A DNA stretch of 63,839 nt, counting the filler, from Folioceros fuciformis (lineage: Eukaryota), in the NCBI GenBank assembly GCA_049999805.1. It is 9 parts of 9 records of this genome, joined end to end, with 100 filler letters (N's around TTAATTAATTAA, not from the genome) between each part and the next. Parts side by side here need not be neighbours in the genome. Positions count along the whole stretch, not along the records: positions 55,141 to 62,395 come from JBNGIO010003645.1; positions 62,496 to 63,839 come from JBNGIO010003698.1; 7 more parts are not named here. One strand, given 5' to 3'. The translations under genes and the position numbers were made by a program. This document shows positions 55,893-63,839 of this stretch, piece after piece. Each line of letters starts with the position of its first letter. Positions within the stretch are counted from its first letter, which is position 1. The notes under the pieces are model-generated. The model was given only the letters and a program-made list of their open reading frames with translations. It did not search any database and was not told where the DNA came from.

Positions 55893-58800
55893 AATGACGG
55901 TTTTCGAGGTTGAGTCTGTTCGACATGAGTGCCCTTAGGAGGAAAAAGAAAAAANNNNNNNNNNNNNNNNNNNNNNNNNNNNNNNNNNNNNNNNNNNNNN
56001 NNNNNNNNNNNNNNNNNNNNNNNNNNNNNNNNNNNNNNNNNNNNNNNNNNNNNNGAAAAATATTATTTTGAAGAACTAAGCTTGTTTCTAGTATGAATAC
56101 AAATATATTTGATTTTAAACTTTACCCAATTGAGGTTTTTGGACAACAAAGTCATTATTACGCGTAGTAGTTTAGATACAAGGGTTTAGAATTTCTATAG
56201 AATTAGAATATGCTTAGCTTCTAGTGAGCAAATAAACCTTTCCCACTTGTTAGGTTTAAGATTACTCTTGCTTTTGGAGTTTAATTGAACTTGTTTTAAA
56301 CACTCTATGACACTCTAATATGTTCAATCACTTTATGCTCTTGATTTGCGCATTGTGCTAGAATGAGATAAGTATACTTCATACTTGAAGTTAGATCTAA
56401 GCCAAACATCTCAAAATATTTCGAAACACACTAAAGGCTGTTCTGTATTTGGTGAAGATTTTTATTATGAAAAGAACAATGAAAACTAGTTAAGATGAGC
56501 TCTTCTTTATAGTACAAAGATGCAAAATCTAAAAAGGTTGAAAATAGTATAAAAAATTCTCAGAATTTTTTTTAAAATTATGTAAAATATTTTATTAAGC
56601 AATAGTATGGAAAAGAACATTTTTTTGAATTTATTTTAATATTATTTCCATTTTTTTTACCATCACTAATATTAGTTATTTAGTCTGAAACGTACATTTG
56701 TGTGTGCATTAAGATGGGGTGCCTAAAGGGAGGGATACCTTACATGGGTTCCCAAAGGAAAAATATCATTGGTGCAAGTAGCTAGGTTTACCATGGATGA
56801 GCACTTAAGATGGAGAGCTTAAACCGAAGAACGCCCTTGGTATGAATAACTAGATTCACTATGGTATAAATTGTTCGGTACCAAAGTCCCATTACGAAAA
56901 TCCATCTTAGTGGACTACAATAGACTTTCCCTAAGACTCATTGTCAAATCCTGCGAGTGAGTTCATTTGTCCTCTAATCAGTAATTTGTGTGGAGGGAAA
57001 AATAATCAAATCCTAGGACTGAATTCATTGACCGTATTACTCAAGCAGTTGTCAATCTGAAGTTTGAATCTCATTGCCTTCCTGATGATTATTTGTCACC
57101 ATGTACTTCCTAGTGCTAAATCTACCTCCTTCGTGGATGATACTCCAGCTCCCCTTCTTGAACTCGACATCAACACAGGCATGCTCTGAAACAGTGGCAA
57201 CGGCGCTCCTCTGTTGCATCTAACAATCAGGGACATCGTCGAGATGGAACTAATCCGGCCTACAGAGTAATTCAAGCAAGTGGTCTGCGCTGTAAGGTAC
57301 ATGGGTTCCATGCTTTACTCTGGATCCTCATCAGATTGCAAGTAGGACAGTCCACAATATTCGTGGCAATGCTGTGATCAGTGTGGACGTGTGGTACACT
57401 TTTCCAGACTGCTGGGTATGCAGGCAAAGGAAAAGGTGGTCGCTGAAATGAAAGCTGTGGCAGAATTTATTTCTTGCGACACCATTTTCGAATCGATTCA
57501 GTGCAGTTTGTTGGCAGGTCCTCTGTGTTGGAGACGACCACTCTTGCGGGGCAAGAAGCAGCTGGCTTCCTCCTTTCACTTACGACATGGTTGTTCTTGA
57601 TTGATTGCAACGATCACTCGAGAAGTAACAAGTGGGTCATCAAGCGCCTCTCATGTAGACTGGAGGACAATGCTTTAGGTGCCCGAGCTTGCACAAGAGC
57701 TTAAGCTGTTGGAGCAGACAGCTGCTGTTTCCAAGGTGTAACTCCCTCTCCCTCTGTCCGCCCTACATTCATCATTCTAGACATAGATCCGCTCCGCTGT
57801 CACAGACTGGCTCATTTTCGTCTTCATACTTTCATCCTGTGGAGCATGCAGGAAATTTGGGAACTGCGACAGGAGAGGGATGGGTGGGAAGATGTACCTC
57901 ACATCGCTTGGAATGGGCTCCAAGGTATATCAATCTATCCTAAACGGATAGTGTCAGTTTCAAAGCTATCTTTTAAATACATGATTCAAGTGCCTGGTGA
58001 ATCTTTGTTGCGGAAACCAAATGCCCTAGCTGCTCTAAGTGGCCCATCAGATTCAGTGGCTATCCGATGGAAGAACTTGGGAAAATGTGCACGGAATTGT
58101 GAAATCTAATTCTTCCTCTTCTGACGTAAAGATCTGGCAATAAAAAGTTGTCCTTAAGTTTCACAAGACCTGAGATCAGCTCATGACGACAGGATATCAA
58201 AATGTTCAGTTCGCTCACCAGGTGGAGGCAGTCCCCCCTCCTCCTTCTCCTCTTTCTTTCCTCCTGTCCGCTTTCCTTTGCCTCCAAGTTTAGCTCTTAC
58301 TGTTAGGATTCGAAGTCCCTAAACATTTCACCACTGCCGGAAACGTACAGGTAGGGAGGTTACCAATAATGCGAATGTGACAAATATTTGCTACTATTCA
58401 CCGGACAAGAAGAGCTACAGGACAACCGAAGATTGTATGCCACGTGACCTGATCAGTGAGCAGTAAGAATCGGATGGTCTGGACAGCAACCCATGGCGAA
58501 GACTTTTGCCCCCCAGCGCTGGAGCTGCTCCCCACCCTCCCACTGGACTGAAAATTAGACATAGGCAGAATCGCCGAGGTGAGTATGTCCAAGATATCCC
58601 ATGCAAAATTTGCCACCCGGCTGAAACCTCTACCATGTAAGACAAACAACCATTGCTCCATGACTCAGAAGGAACATGACTCAGAAGGAAGTCCGATTCG
58701 TTATCAGTGGATGACCATCTTGTTTCACCCGCTTTCTACCGTCTCCTGGCGCACGATCTTCACACGGTGATCGCACACTCCGTCATTCTTCCTAGGTACG

Positions 58801-59449
58801 GAGGATTTGCGTCTTCCTGCATAACACTGCTGAACTATGGAAGCCCTGAGCCTGCCTCGCTTGATGCTGTAGACCACATGATTGCAACAAGAGACAACAT
58901 AGAGAAACGTCAACCCAGTAAAAAATGGGAAATATGAGACTCAATGAATGATAAACAATCCAGGCAGATCACTTTTGAGCACCGGCTGCATCTTTCTTCG
59001 TCTTCCTCACGGTCTACCTAACCACTGCACCCACCATGTGCAAACCGATGCACACTCTACCAATCCGAGTGTCTCCCTTTCCAAATCCTGACGTGATCTG
59101 GATTTAACTATGGCAGTCACTGCGCACGAATGGATCTTCGTTACCAACAGAGGTGTGCTACTCCGAGTGTTCATGAGACCATACGGCAAAGCTGACTTCT
59201 CAGAGCTAGCTTCTTCCTTCATCAACACTGGCTTTTTTGACCAATCTCTGTGAGCGGTACGTGGCTCCCTTCCTGCTTCAAAATGTCATTCGCGATCTCT
59301 ACGTTGAACACAAGATCATGTTCGTTGTGTCCCACCACGAATGTATAATTGTACCTTCTTTGTCACTTCCATGCCCACCGCTCCAGGTTTCCTATTAGCT
59401 CTCTGTCCTGTCCACAGCGGTTCACATACCTGCGCGTGCATGGGCATTC

Positions 59450-59935
59450 GTATGGCAAACCACAGGGGACACAGCACTCTGGACACTTTTTGTTTGGAAG
59501 AGGTCCATCAGCACATATGCGGATGCTTGCTGAAGCTCCATTCAAAACACCGAGTTGCCCTCTCTACCCCCCCCCCGTAGCTTGTGCAGGCATCCAGCAA
59601 AATCCTCGGCCCCTCGACATCAATTCCGCCCGCACATGATGCGAGGATGTTCTGCGCCTCATCTAGATGGTCTGCACGCCCAAGTATTGCAATTAAGCCA
59701 CTATACTGCTTCACAGTAGGCTTGATACCATACCGTTCAACCATGGAAGCGCCTCTTACCCTCATTCACCAGTCCCTCGTGAGTTTGTGCTCCCACAAGT
59801 GTCATACTCACTGATGATAAGAGGCTAGTATTCAGGCTGAATACCGGCCAAAAACATCTCCTCAAGACCACCTAGCATCTTGTGACCCTCACGAGCACCA
59901 CACCCATACAGCAGAGCATTGAATTTGTTCAACCT
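59450..59935 (-). pseudogene. PLS-class PPR gene remnant (last PPR motifs plus E domain)
   Basis: FNALLYG...EEMFLAGIQPE*, HEGLVNEGKRRF and MVERYGIKPTVKQYSGLIAILGRADHLDEA..LLDAC, with stops and frameshifts. Confidence 0.8.
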
Positions 59936-60576
59936 ATTATTTGCTGTCTGATTGGTATCAATCTGAGAATGTCAATCTGATTCACGACTTGACAAGTGTC
60001 TACGGTCTTACTCTTTGGCAGGCTGCGTTTGTGGCGTGGCGATCTTGCCATTGTCGTCCATTTCATCTTCAGGAACTTTGAATCTTGGGAACTGAGTTGA
60101 ATTACTTCTGGTAAGTGTTCCTCTGTTCGACATGGTTCGGAGTGGAGGTGACTACGTGGTGCGTAGCTACCCGCACCATAACCACTCACCACTCACCAGG
60201 CGCCTCGCCACTCTCATCCACAAGTCGCACCACCCCTGGTGATTGGTGGGACCCTCTCGTCAGGTTCCTGCCTTGTTCGTTGTTCCTGGCCGTGTTAACC
60301 TTGACAACATGTTCTCAGAGGTCTTCGGTTAAATCGGCTGGGCAAGCACCTGTCTACCCTCCTGTTCCCTATCAGGGAAGGGAGGTTGATGTTCTTTGAG
60401 ACGTCGTGGCGTGCTAGCAAAGAACAGGTTGAACCAAAAAGGTGTACACCACACAGGCTCTGTTTGTTTGTACCCACAAAACTGGGCTACCCGCGCTCAG
60501 AATGAGGCTGGCATCTCTAACCTGGAAGAAATACAATGTTGGGAAATTTTGGTGTCGTGGGCGGATGTCTGTCTTA

Positions 60577-61750
60577 TCAAGACCTCTCTAACAAGCCTTT
60601 GACGTAAACCATGCCCTTCTCCATCAAAGCAAGCTCCTTCCGCAACAGGTCCACCTGTTCGTCATCCCCTTGCACAATGACATCGGTGGAGGACTCGTCA
60701 TCTGCAATGAGCATCTTCACCTTGATCTGCTCCTTTCTGGAGGCTCTTGTCCAGTAGTAGGCGCCCCTGTGTCGTCCACAGCAACAGGTGAGCAGCTTCT
60801 AAGCCTTGAGAGCAACAGCAGCGTGGGGAACGGGGAATGACTTACGCGAGAGGGCTGAGAGCAATCACGGAGTACCACTTCTCTCCAACATCAGGCACAG
60901 TGATGCTGAGCACCAGGGCAACGCTGGCCAGACTGACTGCAGTACAGAAGGTGAGGAAAGCTGCTTGCCCCCTGCTGGGCACCATGTTGCCCTCGAACCT
61001 GGAAGGGAGACCATGAAATCAATCAGTCACGTTGCCTGACATGTGCGACGGAAAGGAATGCACCATGAACATGCCCATTACATTATGTTAAAGGATTCTG
61101 TCACTCACACAACAGTCTCTCCTCTGTCAGTGACGGCAAAGTTGTTCCGGATGAAGAAGGAGGTGATCTCGCCTGCTATCTGGCTGGGAGCCTTCCCGCT
61201 TTCCACAGCAGGCCCAGGCACATTGAACGTCTTCTTCACCACCTGCACCCACAACCCAGCAGCATCCCAGGCAACATTCATCTCCCCGGAGCGTTGTCCT
61301 TCTGTCATTCCTCACTCACATCCAATCCAATCCAATCCAATCCAAAAGAAAACAAAACAGAGTTCCAACCTTGGACTTGGCGGACCGCTTGATGAGAGAC
61401 CACAACCCCGGCAGAGAGACGAGAAAGAGCCCCAAGGACGTGTAGTAGCTTGCTTGAGAGTACCCTCCCTCCTCCGCTATCAGAGGGTACACAAGAGGAG
61501 CCACGCTCAAAAGAGAGGTCACATTCGGCCCTGGAGACCTGGCTCCTCCGGCATGCCACCTGCTCTCAGGCTTCCCCTCCTCCTGCTCCTCCTGGTTTCT
61601 GACCATGGACATCACCCGCATTCTCTTCCTGCTCCTACTGCTCCTGCAGCTGGGCAGGGCCAGCCGGGGGCAGTCATAGCACCCAAAGGACAGCCCGCAT
61701 TGCGCTAAGCGAGCCATTCCCGCCCCAGCCACAGCCATAGTTCCCGCCAT
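60577..61750 (-). CDS. CCB1: Cofactor assembly of complex C subunit B, CCB1 (chloroplast; cytochrome b6 heme ci attachment), 4 exons, ~285 aa
   Basis: Exons 61370-61750, 61109-61242, 60846-60998 and 60577-60766. Transit peptide, then GYSQASYYTSLGLFLVSLPGLWSLIKRS, FEGNMVPSRGQAAFLTFCT, GAYYWTRASRKEQIKVKM and EKGMVYVKGLLERS*. Confidence 0.95.
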
Positions 61751-62156
61751 GCCTCCAGCCCCGCACAGACATTCCAGCTCAATCTTGAGTCATTTCTGAA
61801 AACCGCTTGGCAGCTCCTGAGACATACACCCGTCCTTCACATATATTATCGCAGCTTATCATCTTTCCACAATTCTCCATAATCTCATGCACAGGACAGG
61901 GCTACCTACATACTGTATATTGCAGAATGCCAAATCGCGAGTGACAAGACTGGGAGATTTTTTTCTGCGAACTGTGTTCTCAGCCAGCAGGGAAACAGGA
62001 GGGCCAGACGACATTGGTACATTCCTGCTGTTGGGCGACAATAGAAGAGGTAGAGGAGACGAGCTTCACACATTCTCGTCTCGGGGCGACACGGGAGGCA
62101 CTGGAAGTGCGTAGAGGAGGCGACAGCATCTCCCTGTCCCCCATCACATCTCCGGA

Positions 62157-62395
62157 ATGGGGCTGCCTGTTGCGAGCCGGGGCGATGGGGGCGGGGCGGA
62201 AGTGGTGGGCTTACAGCCGGTGGCGCTGATCGACCATGTGGCGCGAGTGGGCATGCCAGTTCTAGAGGCGGTGCCCGGGGAGCATGGGGGCAGCCTGCGC
62301 GTGAGTCGGGAGGAGCTGGAGCGCATTCTGGAGGGCGTGAGGGGCCAGGGAGAGCAGACGGTGCGCACGCTCGCGGGTGGGAGCGTGGCCAACAC
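62157..62395 (+). CDS. pfkB/ribokinase-family kinase, N-terminal part (3'-truncated by contig end)
   Basis: VVGLQPVALIDHVARV...VPGEHGGSLRV..EELERIL...LAGGSVAN, the pfkB N-terminal GGS-N motif as in plant nucleoside-kinase-like pfkB proteins. Confidence 0.85.
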
Positions 62396-63468
62396 NNNNN
62401 NNNNNNNNNNNNNNNNNNNNNNNNNNNNNNNNNNNNNNNTTAATTAATTAANNNNNNNNNNNNNNNNNNNNNNNNNNNNNNNNNNNNNNNNNNNNGATGG
62501 CCCTCAACATCTCCTCTTTATTGCAATCTAATTTTCTCATAAGTTCCCCGTGGTTGTCCTTGATATTCTTGCCATCGTTGTGCAGATTCTTCACATCGTT
62601 GTGCAGGTTCTTCATCACATATTCTATGCCTTCCAATCTTGTTCTTCATCACATATTCTATGCCTTCCAATCTTGTTCCACCCAAAAGATCAGAACGACA
62701 CCTTACAAAAGAAGAACTTGATGAAGTCACACTTGCAGAAGGATCTTTTGACTTTGAGCTCGTAATTGTTTCTTTTGATGTCATAAACAAACCATCACCT
62801 CCACCTAGACCTTTTTGCTTGCCATGTGTAAGATCATCCACCATTTTCGATATAGAATGACGTTGATCCTTGTGAAACTTATCATTCTCCAACACTATCT
62901 TGCTCAAGTCTTCTGTGTCCAAAAGTTCTACTATGGNNNNNNNNNNNNNNNNNNNNNNNNNNNNNNNNNNNNNNNNNNNNNNNNNNNNNNNNNNNNNNNN
63001 NNNNNNNNNNNNNNNNNNNNNNNNNNNNNNNNNNNNACCAATGTAACTCCCGGGCAACCTTTTGGTGAAGCACAAAAAGCTCTCAACTCGTCAAGGATGT
63101 GATGTTTCACAAATGCATTAGCCAAACTTGGACTTTGTTTTGATCTATTGAGTACGTCGACATAACCACCGATCATGTCTCCACCACTCAATTCTATGTC
63201 AACATAACCACCAATCATGTCTTCACCACTCAATTCTATCAAAATATCGATGTTGTTACAAGCCATTGAGATAAGATTATAACCAAACTTGTATTGATGA
63301 AGATTCATTCCAAGGTTGGGGTTAGAAAAGAGATGATTTCGTAAGGCCACCTACAACAAGGAAACACGATGAGTGAATGAAAGTAGCTACACTACATAGA
63401 TTAGCATCTTTAGCATATTCTTGAATGTGAGTACTTCATACAAAGAAGTAAAGCTTACTTGAAACCGT

Positions 63469-63662
63469 GGAAAAAAACCCTTAGTTAAAACCATTTGAAG
63501 AGAATCTTCACATTGCAATCGACGTCCAAAAAACTCATATTGCACTCCTTGCTTATCGTATCCGGAAAAAAACCCTTAGTTAAAACCATTCGAAGAGAAT
63601 CTTCACATTGCAATCGACGTCCAGAAAACTCATATTGCACTCCTTGCTTATCGTTTCCGGAT
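63469..63662. repeat. Tandem duplication, 95-bp unit x2
   Basis: ggaaaaaaacccttagttaaaaccatt.gaagagaatcttcacattgcaatcgacgtcca.aaaactcatattgcactccttgcttatcgt at 63469 and 63564. Confidence 0.9.
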
Positions 63663-63839
63663 AACCATTATAGAGCTTCCTTCTTGCCCAGTGGGGGACA
63701 AATTGCTATTGGAATGAAAAAGCCTTGTATTTGACCATCTTCTAGAGGGGCTTTATAGCACAATTCTAACTCCACTATAATATTTACCAAGCCTTGGGTT
63801 TTCAAGTTAGTGTACTTAGCATCATTAACAAATGTGGAA

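Overview
Eukaryotic nuclear DNA from a gene-dense land plant. Short introns (~70-150 nt), GC-rich exons, TTTAGGG repeats and a PLS-type PPR remnant suggest a bryophyte or lycophyte; a hornwort is plausible but is an inference only. The window is not one locus. It is nine contigs joined by artificial 100-nt spacers (44 N + TTAATTAATTAA + 44 N) at 11909, 17146, 21632, 30694, 37627, 51343, 55041 and 62396, so adjacency across spacers means nothing. Recognisable genes are an S1/P1 endonuclease, a partial Lys/Glu-rich protein, an intronless C2-IDR-TM-LysM-like protein, a gapped molybdate transporter, canonical SnRK1-alpha with a convergent divergent non-RD (HQD) paralogue, RPS3, NUA/TPR, CCB1 and the start of a pfkB kinase. 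Transposon debris includes L1 ORF2 and ORF1 remnants, a decayed PIF/Harbinger element, a solo LTR with a 5-bp TSD, a 3' LTR with PPT, and many tandem repeats. The two best leads are the membrane-anchored C2-LysM-like protein and the non-RD SnRK1 paralogue. All exon coordinates were read by hand.
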